In this document: piece after piece, positions 38,969 through 50,062 of the stretch
Numbering within the stretch: the first letter of the stretch is position 1
Layout: the number at the start of each line of letters is the position of its first letter
From: an uncultured Spirochaetota bacterium
GTDB taxonomy: Bacteria; Spirochaetota; Spirochaetia; SZUA-6; Fen-1364
Reading direction: 5' to 3'
Assembly: GCA_963781885.1 (NCBI GenBank)
Contig: CAWAHW010000002.1
Span: 1,408,001 to 1,472,000 of the forward strand
Length of the DNA: 64,000 nt
Position numbers and translations under genes: made by a program
Notes under the pieces: generated by a model
Seen by the model: only the letters and a program-made list of their open reading frames with translations
Told to the model about the DNA's origin: nothing
Database searches by the model: none

Positions 38969-39811
38969 CTACTCCACCACCGTGAAGGTCACCTTGCCCA
39001 GCTCCCTGCCCCTGTAGATGCGGGAGAGGCGCACGGTCCAGACGCCGATGTCGGGCACGAATGAAAGCTCCGCCGGCTTTGCGACGCTGGGCGCCACCCA
39101 CTCCGACTGCACGTTCGTGTCTCCGTGGGAGAGCTCCAGGTTGATCGGGCCGCCGCCGCTCATTTCGTTGATCACCCGGATTGTCAGGAGCTCGTGAGAG
39201 GGAAAAGGATCCGTATCCACGACGGCGCTCGGATCGTCTTTCAGCACGACGTCCAGCACCGGCTTCCTCCATTCGATCACCCGCCGTGAGCCGATGAAAC
39301 GATCCCGGTAGTACGATTCCGCCAGCGACGAGACGATGACGCCGGTAAAGGGTCCTTCGGATGCCGCGTGCACGAATTTCCCCTGGCCGGCATAAATGCC
39401 GACGTGCGAAGGCTCATTCAGGAGAGGGTCCCCATCCGTGTCGAAAAAAATCAAGTCTCCAAGATGGAGCCGGTACCAGGTGCTTTGCTCGGAACGGAAG
39501 AGGGCGCGCACGCCGCGCGGAAGATCTATTCCCTCCACGTCGCTGTAGACCCTGTAGATCAGCCCGGCGCAGTCAACGCCGTCACGGGAAATCCCGCCCA
39601 GCACATAAGGGACCCCGCGATAGGTCATGGCTGCCTTGATGATGCTTTCCGGCAGGGACAGCGCAGCCGCCACGGGCTTTGCCGTCGGGGAGGTCATCGA
39701 CGGTCTGCTCGCATTGGAAGGAGGGGCTGCCGGGCTCACCCCTTGCGCGGAGAGCGTCACGGCAGAGAGGGCGGTCACACCAAGAAGGATCATGCCGAAA
39801 CGCTGAAACAT
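38969..39811 (-). CDS. NlpC/P60 (C40) cell-wall peptidase
   Basis: GVPYVLGG...GVDCAG, HVGIY, FVHAAS; signal peptide. Confidence 0.88.
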   Translation of the reverse strand: MFQRFGMILLGVTALSAVTLSAQGVSPAAPPSNASRPSMTSPTAKPVAAALSLPESIIKAAMTYRGVPYVLGGISRDGVDCAGLIYRVYSDVEGIDLPRGVRALFRSEQSTWYRLHLGDLIFFDTDGDPLLNEPSHVGIYAGQGKFVHAASEGPFTGVIVSSLAESYYRDRFIGSRRVIEWRKPVLDVVLKDDPSAVVDTDPFPSHELLTIRVINEMSGGGPINLELSHGDTNVQSEWVAPSVAKPAELSFVPDIGVWTVRLSRIYRGRELGKVTFTVVE

Positions 39812-39814
39812 GGC

Positions 39815-40972
39815 CTATGTCCTCTCTCTTTCCATCGGCATTGCCGCGTTGGTCCCCGCCTCATAGCGGCGCAAAAACTGCGCCTTGTAGTGCAGGAAGG
39901 TCCCCCGCGATACCGCATCCCGGATCTCCCGCAACAGGCACTGAAGGAAGCTGAGGTTGTGATGCGTTGCAAGCACCGCAGCCTCGATCTCCTTGGCCTT
40001 GAACAGGTGGCGCAGATAGGCGCGGCTGTGCTGCCGGCAGGTGGTACAACCGCACTCGGCATCGATGGGGTGAAAGTCCGTGCGAAAGCGCTCGTTGCGC
40101 AGGGAAAGCCGCCCGTCGCGCGTCATGACCATGGCATTGCGCGCGATGCGGGTCGGGTAGACGCAATCGAAGAGGTCGATTCCCGCCTCCACCGCCTCCA
40201 GGATGTAGGACGGCGTGCCGATGCCCATCACGTATTTCGGCTTGTCGGAAGGCAGGAGAGAGGCTGAATAATGGAGCATTTCCCTGAACACGCTGAAATC
40301 CTCGCCAACCGAAAGGCCGCCGATTGCGTAACCCGGAAGATCGAGCGCCGCGATCTCTTCCGCGCTGCGGGCGCGAAGGTCTTTGTAGAAGTTGCCCTGC
40401 ATGATGCCGAAGAGCTTTCCCGGCATCGCCTTGTCCACGCCTCGCCAGCGGTCGCGGCTCCGCTGGAGCCACAGCGTGGTGCGGCGCACCGCCTGTTCCG
40501 CCTCCGCGCGGGGGAGACCGGGCGCGGTGCACTCGTCCAGCGGCATGAGGATGTCGCTTTCCAGCGTCGTCTGGATGTCGACAACGTCCTCAGGCGTGAG
40601 GCGATGGGAGGAGCCGTCGATATGGGAGCGAAACGCCACCCCTTTGTCTTCGACCGTTCGAAAGGAGGCGAGCGAAAAAACCTGGTAGCCGCCGGAGTCG
40701 GTAAGGATGTTGTGGCGCCAACCCATGAACTCGTGCAGGCCCCCCGCGGCGCCGATCACGTCCGGGCCCGGCCTCAGGTAGAGATGATAGGTGTTGCCGA
40801 GGATGAGATTGATCCCCAGCTCCTCCAGGTCGGAATTCCGCATCGCCTTGACGGTGGCGTTGGTGCCCACGGGCATGAAGCAGGGCGTGGAGACGGTGCC
40901 GTGATTCAGCGCAAGCGATCCCGTCCGTGCGGCGCAACCCGGGTCGTACTGCCCGAGGGAGAGAAGCATCAT
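39815..40972 (-). CDS. tgt: tRNA-guanine transglycosylase
   Basis: FMPVGT, NTYHL, TDSGGYQ, FDCVYPTR, CxCxxC Zn site. Confidence 0.97.
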   Translation of the reverse strand: MMLLSLGQYDPGCAARTGSLALNHGTVSTPCFMPVGTNATVKAMRNSDLEELGINLILGNTYHLYLRPGPDVIGAAGGLHEFMGWRHNILTDSGGYQVFSLASFRTVEDKGVAFRSHIDGSSHRLTPEDVVDIQTTLESDILMPLDECTAPGLPRAEAEQAVRRTTLWLQRSRDRWRGVDKAMPGKLFGIMQGNFYKDLRARSAEEIAALDLPGYAIGGLSVGEDFSVFREMLHYSASLLPSDKPKYVMGIGTPSYILEAVEAGIDLFDCVYPTRIARNAMVMTRDGRLSLRNERFRTDFHPIDAECGCTTCRQHSRAYLRHLFKAKEIEAAVLATHHNLSFLQCLLREIRDAVSRGTFLHYKAQFLRRYEAGTNAAMPMERERT

Positions 40973-41910
40973 GCTTCAAGCCGCCCGAATGCCTGGGCGG
41001 CTGCGCCGAGTATGCCCGCGTCGTTTCGAAGCTCGCCCGCGCGCACCTGCACGCCCTGCCCTATCTGGGGCCAGCAGAAGTCGGGAAGATGGCGCCGGAC
41101 GGGGTCCAGGAGCATGTCGCCCGCCTCCGAGACACCGCCGGAGACGATGCACGCCTCCAGGTCGAGCACGTTGAGGATGCTGCCGAAGGCCTGCGCGATC
41201 CACCTCCCGGCCTCCTCCAGCGTGTCAGCGGCAAGCTCATCACCGGATAGTGCCGCATCGACCACCGCTTTCGCCGTGATCTCGCCCGCCGCCCTGCCGC
41301 GCTTCCCGAGCTTTTCCCTGTAGACGCGCGCAAGCGCGGTGCCTGAGGCGTACTGCTCGAAACAGCCGCGGCTGCCGCAGTTGCACCAGAGCCCGCCGGG
41401 ATTCACGCAGATGTGCCCGATCTCGCCGGCAAAGCCGCGCCAGCCCCGGTACACGCGGCCTCCCATCACCAGCCCGCCGCCGATGGCGGTTCCCACCGTG
41501 ATCAGCACGAAGTCGGTGAACGTTCGGCCGGCGCCGAATGCAAGCTCACCTGCCGCGGCGCAATTGGCGTCGTTGTCGGCAAAAGTCGGGAGGGAGAATG
41601 CCGCGCCAAGCCGGGCCTGCGCCGACTGATTCTTCAGAGCGGGGATGTTCTCGCACCCGCCGAGCACCATGCCCTCTTTCTTGTCGATGAAACCAGGGGT
41701 GCCGATTCCGATCGCGGCCAGGGTGGTGCCGTCCGCTCGGGCCGCAAGGAGCCCCTGGAGGCAGCGGGAGACCTGCGCGACGATATCATCAAAGCTGTCC
41801 TTCGCGCCCATCGTCACGGCAGCTTTTGCGCGTATCACTCCTGCCCGATCGACAAGGCCGATCTTTGCCGAGGTTCCGCCAAAATCGATGCCTGCCGCGA
41901 GCTCCTTCAT
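40969..41910 (-). CDS. ROK family sugar kinase (glucokinase-like)
   Basis: GIDFGGT, NDAN, GEIGH, CNCGSRGCFE. Confidence 0.9.
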   Translation of the reverse strand: MKELAAGIDFGGTSAKIGLVDRAGVIRAKAAVTMGAKDSFDDIVAQVSRCLQGLLAARADGTTLAAIGIGTPGFIDKKEGMVLGGCENIPALKNQSAQARLGAAFSLPTFADNDANCAAAGELAFGAGRTFTDFVLITVGTAIGGGLVMGGRVYRGWRGFAGEIGHICVNPGGLWCNCGSRGCFEQYASGTALARVYREKLGKRGRAAGEITAKAVVDAALSGDELAADTLEEAGRWIAQAFGSILNVLDLEACIVSGGVSEAGDMLLDPVRRHLPDFCWPQIGQGVQVRAGELRNDAGILGAAAQAFGRLEA

Positions 41911-41918
41911 CGTCTTTC

Positions 41919-43004
41919 CTATGTCCGCGCCGTTCGGAATAGCATGAAACCGAGGATGAGGAAAAGTACGAAAGGCGCCCAGGCGCCGGCGAGAGGCGGG
42001 ATGACCCCATTCTTCGACAGAATGCCGGTGACCATCTGCGAGACGTAAAAGCCGACGGAGATGACCAGGGCAGAAAGCAGGCTCATCAGGAGGATGTTTT
42101 TCTTGAAAGCGCTGCCCAGACTGCTCGCAATGAATGCGACGATGAGGGGCGTGCAGGCAAAGGAAAACTTCCGGTAGTAATCGGTGAGAGCCTGGCGATA
42201 GGGCTCCACGGCACCTGCGCGGCGGATAAGCGCGACGTAGCGCAGCGAATCCTCCCTGCTCATCTCTTCCACGTTCTGCGAAGGCTTGCGAAAAGCCTCC
42301 GGGGGCTCCACGAAGAGCGGCGATTCATAGCTCTGCGGCTGCGCGTCGGTCATCAGCTCCGCGGACGGATCCCACGTGAAGACCCTGCATTTCTGGAGCA
42401 CCCAACGTGTGTCCTTCCAGTCCGCCCACTCCGCGTCGATCCTCGCGGAAAGCTGCATGCCGGCGTCCCGCACGACCACCGTCACGCCGGTGAGGCGCTT
42501 GAGCGCGTCGTTGTAGTAGTCGGCATAGTAGACCACACGCTGGTCCGGGCTTGTCACGACCACATTATTCTGGCTCAGGGTGGTCACCTGCTTGACCGCC
42601 TGCGCGTAGACCTGGTTTTTCAGCTGGTAGGAGGGGATCACCACGGCATCGTCGAAGAAAAATCCGAAGGCGCTGATGATAACTCCCACCACGATGAAGG
42701 GAACGACAAGACGATGCAGGGCGATGCCGGAACCGAAAATGGCGAAAAGCTCGTTGTTCGCATAGAAAAGCCCGAGGGTGTAGGAGATGCCAAACAGAAA
42801 CGATACCGGCAGCGCGAAGGAAATGCATTTCGGCATGTAGAGGAGCGCGATCCAGGCGACCTCGCGGATCCCCACGTCGTGCGCAAAATAGCGCCAGATG
42901 TTGCCGAATATGTCGATGAGCTGCAGGAGCAGCACGAAGAAGACGAGCGCCACGCAGAATATCGGCATGAATTGTCCCAGAAGCATGCGCCGCAGACGAT
43001 TCAT
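41919..43004 (-). CDS. lptG: LptF/LptG family permease
   Basis: 3 TM + periplasmic beta domain + 3 TM; NELFAIFGSG; PPLAGAWAP. Confidence 0.8.
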   Translation of the reverse strand: MNRLRRMLLGQFMPIFCVALVFFVLLLQLIDIFGNIWRYFAHDVGIREVAWIALLYMPKCISFALPVSFLFGISYTLGLFYANNELFAIFGSGIALHRLVVPFIVVGVIISAFGFFFDDAVVIPSYQLKNQVYAQAVKQVTTLSQNNVVVTSPDQRVVYYADYYNDALKRLTGVTVVVRDAGMQLSARIDAEWADWKDTRWVLQKCRVFTWDPSAELMTDAQPQSYESPLFVEPPEAFRKPSQNVEEMSREDSLRYVALIRRAGAVEPYRQALTDYYRKFSFACTPLIVAFIASSLGSAFKKNILLMSLLSALVISVGFYVSQMVTGILSKNGVIPPLAGAWAPFVLFLILGFMLFRTART

Positions 43005-44289
43005 CGCCGCGCTCCCGCTGCAAAGAGGATGCCTCCCGCGACGAGCACGAGGGCGTCGGGGAACCACATCGACAGGCCCGGTGCCAGCGACATCCGCACG
43101 CCGAAGGTCTGTCCCGCGATGAGAAGCCCCCAATAGACAATGGCGACGAAAAGACCGACGCCGAAACCGACGGTGCGGCCGCTCCGCCGCGCGCGCAGAC
43201 CCACGGGAAACGCGAAGAAGGCGAAGATGAGGCAGGCCACCGGCATGGAGAATTTTCTGTGCATTTCGACCTTGTACGATTGAAGCGTCGCATCGGCGAC
43301 GCTGCGGTTCTTTTCCGCATCGAGGTCGCGCAGGAGCGCGGCGACGGTGGAGCGCTGCGCTCCCGCCTGACTGGCATCGGCGGCCAGTCTTCCTTCCGCT
43401 GCGCGGAGACCCCCGGCCAGCGCCTGCGCAAGGCTGCCGACTTTCTCGTCCTTCTGGCTTTGCGCCGCTTCCTGGTCCTTCCGCTTCGCGACGATCTGCT
43501 TCCAGACGTCAGCCGAGCTCATCGTGGAGGGCGTGAGCCCCCCGATGGTCGCATTGGAGATGTTTTTCAGCAAGTATCGTGTAGATCATCGAATCGGAAA
43601 CGGTGTAGTCGAACCTGTCGCCTTCCTTCGGGTAGCTGAGCTCGGAAAAGACCTTGTCGAGGGTCAGGGATACGGAACCCTGCTGATCGGCGCTCGCTTC
43701 CAACCGCGCCTGGCGTGCCGTGATGATCCGCCTGTTGCCCTCGGACGGGGCGTCGATGATGAGGATGTCCTTGATCTGCCCGGCCTTCGACGGCGCCGGT
43801 CACGATCCACGACTTCTCATAGTGCTTGACCGAGTACGGCTCGAGCTCGAGCGCCGGGTTGGAGAAGAGGATGCGCCGATAGAGCTCTGCGAAACGCATG
43901 TTGCCCAGCGGCATGAGGTAATCGTTCATGCCGAAGGACGCCAGGGAAAACAACACGCCGATGACCAGAAGCGGCGCGACGAGCTGGCGCGGCGGAACCC
44001 CGAGGGATCCGAATGCAAGGAGCTCATTGTCCGACGAGAGGCGCCCCACCGCCATGAGCGCGCCCACGAGAGACCCGAACGGGAAGGAGAACGCGCAGAC
44101 GATGGGAAGGGAATACGCGATGAGACGGACGACGTCCCAGAAGGCGACCTTCTTGGAAAATATCTCCTCCGCCATGACGAGGATCTGGTTCAGGAAAAAC
44201 AGGAAAAAAAAGAAAAGAAACGCGACAACGAACGCCAGCAGGAATTCCCTGCCGACGTAGATCCAGGCGCGCCTATGGGACCGCGCCAT
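43001..44289 (-). CDS. lptF: LptF/LptG family permease, with two +1 indels (about 43779 and 43575)
   Basis: GRLSSDNELLA; EMHRKFSMPVACLIF; three ORF pieces join if two bases are removed. Confidence 0.8.
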
Positions 44290-45784
44290 CCGCTGCCTCG
44301 TCGTAGACGGAGACCCCTCCGCCCAGGGTGCCGAAAAAAACATACGGTGCGCGCCAGGCGATGGACGTGACGTCCAGCGCCGTCAGCCCGTCCGCAATGC
44401 CGATTCGCCTCCAGGCGCCTGTCGTCTTCGACAGCGCGCTCACCCCGCCGCCGAAGCTCCCGAAATAGAGCGCCTTGTCCGTCTCGATGCTCGCGAGGAT
44501 CCAGTCGTCGGCGAGCCCGGAGCCGTCCTTGCTGAAATGCCGAAGGCTGCCGGAATCCGGCGACCATGCATACAGCCCGTCGCCGTACGTGCCGATCCAG
44601 ATCACGCCGTCACGGGCAGGGAGTATCGTCGTGATATTCTCCGCGGCAAAGCCCGGGCTTGTCTCCGAGAGGGCGCTCATGGCGCCCGTTTTTTCGTCCA
44701 TGATCAAGAGCCCGAAGCTCATCGTGCCGATGAGCAGGCTGCCGTGCACGGTGTCTTCCGCCAGGCTCGTGACGAACGACCCGGGAAGGCTTCCGTCGCT
44801 CACGGGGCTCCATCCGGAATCCCCGCGGCGGAAAAGCCCTTCGCCGAGGGTTCCCGCGAAAAGCCCTGCCGTGGTGGCGCGCACCACCTGGACCTTGCTC
44901 GGCGTCGGCGGACCGAAATCGCTCTCCGTGCCCCAGCGTGCCGTTCCCTTGCCGTACCACGCCAGCCCTTCGGCCGTGCTGATCCAGACGCGTCGATCCG
45001 CGACGTCGATCGAGCGCGAAAAATGAGGCGCGTCGAAGGAATCAGCCACGCCGGCCGACACGGAGTAGCGCGCCACTCCCCCGTTCCAGGTGCCGATCCA
45101 CAGGTCATCGCCGTCCACGCGGAGGCAGGAGATGTTGGAGTCGTGGATGCCAAGGTAATCTGCGGAGAGAGCGGACCACAGGAGCCGGATGCTCATGGAC
45201 CGATAGAGGGCGGCTTCACCGGCCGGAAGCACTTTCGGATCGATGCGCTGGAAATAGCCCCGCGCTCGATCCATGTCCGCACCGTGATACAGCGAAAGCT
45301 CGGCGGCCCGCTGCAGCGCGAGTTCGATGTCACCGGGCGTCCCGCTCACGCCGACGCGGAAGCCCGCGATCGCTTTTCCGTAGTAGTCCAACGCAGCCGA
45401 CCACACGCGGGCGTCGTAGTAATGGCGCGCGAGCGCCACCCCCGCTCTGAATGCGGCAGCAGAGCTCGGAGCGGCATCTGCGACCTTCTGGTAGTAGTAG
45501 CGGGCAAGGTATTCGTCTCCGGTTTGAAGGGCCCAGGCGACGCCCAAGACGTATGAATCGTTGACAAGCGGCGAGCGCGGGAAATCGGAGCGAAACCGGC
45601 GCAGCCTGTCCAAGGCTCCCGCCGTGTCACCGTGCGCATAGGCATCCTTCGCGGCGGCAAGCGCGACGGCATCCGATGCGCCGCCTCCGGCGGCCTGCGC
45701 AAAGAAGGCCGGCGCGCCACAGAGGAAAAGCGCGAGGCACAGCGCAACGCCGCTCACGCGCGGCACGGCGGGCCAGCAAATCAC
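44273..45784 (-). CDS. Exported TPR + beta-propeller (Reg_prop-like) protein; start uncertain
   Basis: Repeated LWIGTWNGGV / IWIGTYGDGL / YFGSFGGGV blades; N-terminal TPRs. Confidence 0.75.
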   Translation of the reverse strand: MICWPAVPRVSGVALCLALFLCGAPAFFAQAAGGGASDAVALAAAKDAYAHGDTAGALDRLRRFRSDFPRSPLVNDSYVLGVAWALQTGDEYLARYYYQKVADAAPSSAAAFRAGVALARHYYDARVWSAALDYYGKAIAGFRVGVSGTPGDIELALQRAAELSLYHGADMDRARGYFQRIDPKVLPAGEAALYRSMSIRLLWSALSADYLGIHDSNISCLRVDGDDLWIGTWNGGVARYSVSAGVADSFDAPHFSRSIDVADRRVWISTAEGLAWYGKGTARWGTESDFGPPTPSKVQVVRATTAGLFAGTLGEGLFRRGDSGWSPVSDGSLPGSFVTSLAEDTVHGSLLIGTMSFGLLIMDEKTGAMSALSETSPGFAAENITTILPARDGVIWIGTYGDGLYAWSPDSGSLRHFSKDGSGLADDWILASIETDKALYFGSFGGGVSALSKTTGAWRRIGIADGLTALDVTSIAWRAPYVFFGTLGGGVSVYDEAADGAVP

Positions 45785-45794
45785 CCGTCGCCGG

Positions 45795-46232
45795 TCACAT
45801 CCCTGTCGATCCAAAACCGCCGCTCCCCCTCGCCGTTTCTTCTATCTGCGTCTCCCGCACGAAGGTCACGCGGGAGACGGCGCCGAAGACGATCTGGGCG
45901 ATCCGGTCGCCTGACCTGATGCGGAAATCCTCCTCCCCGAGATTGACGAGCAGCACCTTGATCTCTCCCCGATAGTCGCTGTCGATCGTGCCCGGGCTGT
46001 TGAGCACCGTGACGCCATGCTTCACCGCGAGACCCGACCGCGGCCTGACCTGCGCCTCCAGTCCGGAGGGGATCTGCAGGCGGATGCCCGTCGGCACGAG
46101 CGCGCGGGCGCCCGGCTTCAGCACCAGCTCGTCGGAAAGCAGGGCGCGTAGATCTGCGCCCGAGGCTCCATCGGACTGGTATTCCGGAAGGGCCGCCTGC
46201 CGGCCGACGCAGCGGATGATCGGCGTCTCCAT
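45795..46232 (-). CDS. dut: dUTP diphosphatase
   Basis: [35 protein letters not shown]. Confidence 0.97.
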   Translation of the reverse strand: METPIIRCVGRQAALPEYQSDGASGADLRALLSDELVLKPGARALVPTGIRLQIPSGLEAQVRPRSGLAVKHGVTVLNSPGTIDSDYRGEIKVLLVNLGEEDFRIRSGDRIAQIVFGAVSRVTFVRETQIEETARGSGGFGSTGM

Positions 46233-46235
46233 GGG

Positions 46236-47525
46236 CTATCTCCGGGTGGCGCCCCGCGTCTTGCCGTTGGCGAATGTGAAATCGAATCCGCGCATTCTGC
46301 CCAGGCCCCTGCTCCCGTAGGCGAGGAGGCTGAAGGAATCCGCGCGGAGACATTTGTGCGCATAGGCCTCGATCTCCTCCGTTCGCACCGCACGAAGCGC
46401 GCTCACCGACTCGTCGAACTCGAGGATGCGGTCCATCATCATGAACTGCCGTACGAGGCGCTTCATGCGCGTCTCCATGTCTTCGCGGGAGAGGATCATG
46501 CTCCCCACGAGATGGCTCTTCGCGTCCTCGATTTCCTGCGCGCTGAGCGGCTCGGCCAAAAGTCGTCCCAGCTCCTCGTCGAGGGAGACGAGAAACTTAC
46601 GCGCCTGGCCGGGCGTCGCGTTGGCGTAGATCGTCCACATGCCGACGTCGGAAAAGAAGGTGCGGAAGGAATATACGGTGTAACAGAGGGCCAGCTCCTC
46701 CCGCAGGCGCTGGAAGAGCCGCGAGCTCATCGATTCGCCGAAGGCCGTGCTGAAGACCAGGGACGTGTAATAGTGCGGGATGTCGTGCTGGAGGGGATAG
46801 CAGGTGCCCGCGTAGATCTGCACCTGGTTGAAGCGGTCGGCGACAAAGGCGGCGCGCCGGCGCCAGTCGGGGAGCTTCCGTACGGGACGCGTCGGTCCGG
46901 CCGGGGCGGCGTAGACGGCTGCGGCAAGCGAACGCGCTTCTTCAGGGTCGAAATTGCCGGCAACGGCGAAGACAGTATTCGACGCCACGAGGCGCTCGCG
47001 GTAGAAGCGCGCAAGGGAGTCGCGGTCGATCCCGCGCACGTCGTCAACCTCGCCGGTGATCTTGTACGCCAGGGCATGATCGCCCCACATCTCGCGCAGG
47101 TAGCGGTCGTGCCCCTTTTCTTCGGGGGAGTCGTCCACGGAACGGATTTCGTTGATGATGACCGCCTTCTCCTTCTCCATCTCCTCCGCGTCGAGGAGCG
47201 AGTTGACGGTCATGTCCGTGAGCACGTCGAATGCCAGCCGCAGGTGATCCCGCGGCATGATGGCATAGACGCAGGTGGTTTCCTTTTCCGTGAAAGCGTT
47301 GATGATGCCGCCGACACGGTCGATCTCCTGGGCGATGGCGCGAGCCGTCCGGCGGGCGGTTCCCTTGAAGAGCATGTGCTCGAGGAAATGGGAGTACCCC
47401 TTTTCCCCGTCCGTCTCGTCGCGGGAACCGTGCAGGAACCAGAAACCGATGCAGAGAGTGTCGGTGCGGTCGACTGGCTCGAGGAGCAGGGTCGCCCCAC
47501 TTGCCAGCCTCTCCGTGTGGATCAC
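46236..47525 (-). CDS. M16 family zinc peptidase
   Basis: HFLEHMLFKGT, INAFT, SSRLFQRLRE. Confidence 0.92.
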   Translation of the reverse strand: MIHTERLASGATLLLEPVDRTDTLCIGFWFLHGSRDETDGEKGYSHFLEHMLFKGTARRTARAIAQEIDRVGGIINAFTEKETTCVYAIMPRDHLRLAFDVLTDMTVNSLLDAEEMEKEKAVIINEIRSVDDSPEEKGHDRYLREMWGDHALAYKITGEVDDVRGIDRDSLARFYRERLVASNTVFAVAGNFDPEEARSLAAAVYAAPAGPTRPVRKLPDWRRRAAFVADRFNQVQIYAGTCYPLQHDIPHYYTSLVFSTAFGESMSSRLFQRLREELALCYTVYSFRTFFSDVGMWTIYANATPGQARKFLVSLDEELGRLLAEPLSAQEIEDAKSHLVGSMILSREDMETRMKRLVRQFMMMDRILEFDESVSALRAVRTEEIEAYAHKCLRADSFSLLAYGSRGLGRMRGFDFTFANGKTRGATRR

Positions 47526-49753
47526 CCGTCTCTCCGCGGCGGACGATCGGAATAACCGCCGGGCCGGCGGTCCCCCGAGTGGCCGCGCGGCCTGTCATAG
47601 CCGCCGCTGCGGGGCCTGTCGCCGTCACGACGCGGCGGTCTGCGTTCCGCGTGCTCCGTGAGGAGGGCGGGATTGGCGTCCACGGCCTCCTTGGTGGCAA
47701 GATTGACGCGGCCCATGTGGTCGATCTCCGTCACGATCACGGTGAGCTCCTGGCCTTCCTTCACCACGTCCTCCACCTTTTCCACCCGGGTGGCGGCGAG
47801 CTTGGAGATGTGGACGAGCCCTTCCTTGCCCGGAAGTATCTCCACGAAGGCGCCGAAGTCCATGATGCGCTTCACCGGTCCGACATAGGTCTTGCCGACG
47901 ACGGCCTCCTCGATGAGGCCTTCCACCATCTTCTGGGCCTTCTCCGCGCCCTCCTTCAGATGGTTGTAGATCGTCACGGTTCCGTCGTCGTCGATGTTGA
48001 TCGTGGACCCGGTCTTTTCGCTCATGCCCTTTATGTTCTTGCCGCCCGGCCCGATGATGAGCCCGATCTTTTCCGTCGGGACCTTGATGCTGATCACCTT
48101 GGGGGCGAAATCGGAGATGTCGGTTCGGGGCTGGGAAATGGTCTGGTTCATGATGCCCAGGATGTGGAGTCTGCCCTCCCGCGCCTGTGCGAGCGCTTTT
48201 TTGAGGATCTCCGCGCTCACGCCCTCGATCTTGATGTCCATCTGCAGCGCGGTGATGCCGTCTTCCGTGCCGGCAACCTTGAAGTCCATGTCCCCCAGGT
48301 GATCTTCCTCACCGAGGATGTCGCTCAGGACGACGAACTTGTCCCCCTCCTTCACGAGCCCCATGGCGATGCCCGCGACGGGCTTCAGCATGCGGACACC
48401 CGCATTCAGGAGGCTCAGCGTGCTCCCGCACACCGTGGCCATGGAGGACGAGCCGTTGGACTCGAGGATCTCCGAGACGATGCGCAGCGTATACGGGAAG
48501 TCCTCCTTCTTGGGAAGCACCATGCCGATGGCACGCTCGGCCAGGTGCCCATGGCCGATCTCGCGGCGCCCGGGCGAGCCCAGCCTGCCCACTTCGCCGA
48601 CGGAGAAGGGGGGGAAGTTGTAGTGCAGCATGAAGTTCTTCCGGCTGTCGCCGTCGATATTGTCCATGATCTGCTCGTCCAGGGCGGTGCCGAGCGTGGT
48701 CACGACGAGCGCCTGGGTCTCCCCGCGCGTAAAGAGCGCGGAGCCGTGCGTCCGCGGAAGAACGTCTATCTCGCACGTGATGGGCCTGATCTGCGTGGGG
48801 CTCCTGCCGTCGGTCCGCACGCCCTTGCCGGCGATGGAGGCGCGCATGATCTCCTGCTCCATGTCTTCGAAGAGCAGCTTCACGGGCTTGATGTCGGTGG
48901 GAGCAAGCTTCTCCGCGAATGCCTTCAGCGTCTCATCGCGCACGACGCGCATCGCCTTGACGCGTGTTTCCTTCCCCTTCACGAAGCATGCCTCTTCGAG
49001 CTTCGCGAATGCGAAGTCACGGACTTCCTTGCCGAGCGTGAAGGTTGAAGGTTTCTCCACGAGCGGCAGCTTCGCCTTGCCCACCTTCTGCGCCAGCTCG
49101 ATCTGGATCCGGCAGAGCTCCTTTATGGTCTTGTGCGCGATTTCAATGGCCTCGACGATGAGGCTTTCCGGAAGCTGCCGCGCGGAGCCTTCCACCATCG
49201 TGATGCCCTTCAAGGTTCCCGCAACGATGATCTCAAGCGAACTGCTCTGGATCTGGTCAAAGGTGGGATTCACGACAAGGGCGCCGTCCACGTAGCCGAT
49301 TCTCACCGCTCCGATGGGTCCCTCGAAGGGGATATCGGAGATGGTGATTGCCGCGGATGCCGCATTCATGGCCAGGATGTCCGGCGTATGGACGAGGTCC
49401 GTGGAGATGACGATGGGAATAACCTGGATCTCCCGACGGAAGAGCCGGGAGAACAGAGGACGAATGGGACGGTCGATGAGGCGGGAGACCAGGATCTCCT
49501 TGTCTTTCGGACGGCTTTCCCTCTTGATGAAGCCGCCGGGGATCTTTCCCGCGGCGTAGTACTTTTCGATGTAGTCCACCGACAGGGGGATGAAATCCAG
49601 GTCCTCTTTTTCGCTGTCCGCACAGCAGGCGGTCGCAATGACCGCGGAGCCCCCGAGCCGGGCGAAAACGGCCCCATTGGCCTGTTTTGCCATCTTGCCC
49701 GTCTCGAGAATGAGCTCCTCATCCCCGATTGTGAATGATACGCGTTGTTCCAT
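47522..49753 (-). CDS. pnp: Polyribonucleotide nucleotidyltransferase
   Basis: [42 protein letters not shown]; KH and S1 domains. Confidence 0.98.
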   Translation of the reverse strand: MEQRVSFTIGDEELILETGKMAKQANGAVFARLGGSAVIATACCADSEKEDLDFIPLSVDYIEKYYAAGKIPGGFIKRESRPKDKEILVSRLIDRPIRPLFSRLFRREIQVIPIVISTDLVHTPDILAMNAASAAITISDIPFEGPIGAVRIGYVDGALVVNPTFDQIQSSSLEIIVAGTLKGITMVEGSARQLPESLIVEAIEIAHKTIKELCRIQIELAQKVGKAKLPLVEKPSTFTLGKEVRDFAFAKLEEACFVKGKETRVKAMRVVRDETLKAFAEKLAPTDIKPVKLLFEDMEQEIMRASIAGKGVRTDGRSPTQIRPITCEIDVLPRTHGSALFTRGETQALVVTTLGTALDEQIMDNIDGDSRKNFMLHYNFPPFSVGEVGRLGSPGRREIGHGHLAERAIGMVLPKKEDFPYTLRIVSEILESNGSSSMATVCGSTLSLLNAGVRMLKPVAGIAMGLVKEGDKFVVLSDILGEEDHLGDMDFKVAGTEDGITALQMDIKIEGVSAEILKKALAQAREGRLHILGIMNQTISQPRTDISDFAPKVISIKVPTEKIGLIIGPGGKNIKGMSEKTGSTINIDDDGTVTIYNHLKEGAEKAQKMVEGLIEEAVVGKTYVGPVKRIMDFGAFVEILPGKEGLVHISKLAATRVEKVEDVVKEGQELTVIVTEIDHMGRVNLATKEAVDANPALLTEHAERRPPRRDGDRPRSGGYDRPRGHSGDRRPGGYSDRPPRRDG

Positions 49754-49773
49754 TTCTGCCCTTGCTTTCGCGC

Positions 49774-50043
49774 TTACTTGCGCAGGTTGAGCCGGTCGAT
49801 GATCTCGCGGTACTTCTCGAGGTCTCTCTTGCGCAGATACGCAAGCAACCGGCGCCTCTGGCCGACGAGCTTCAGAAGCCCCCGGCGTGAGTTGTTGTCC
49901 TTGGGGTGGCGCTTGAAATGCTCCGTGAGCTCTTCCACGCGCTTCGTGAGGAGAGCCACCTGGACCTCCGTGCGCCCCGTATCCTTGTCGTTTGCACCGA
50001 ACGTTGTGATCACTTCCTGCTTGACTTCCTTCGTCAGTGACAT
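49774..50043 (-). CDS. rpsO: 30S ribosomal protein S15
   Basis: [33 protein letters not shown]; GGAG SD. Confidence 0.97.
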   Translation of the reverse strand: MSLTKEVKQEVITTFGANDKDTGRTEVQVALLTKRVEELTEHFKRHPKDNNSRRGLLKLVGQRRRLLAYLRKRDLEKYREIIDRLNLRK

Positions 50044-50062
50044 GCGTGAAACTCCTTTCGTT

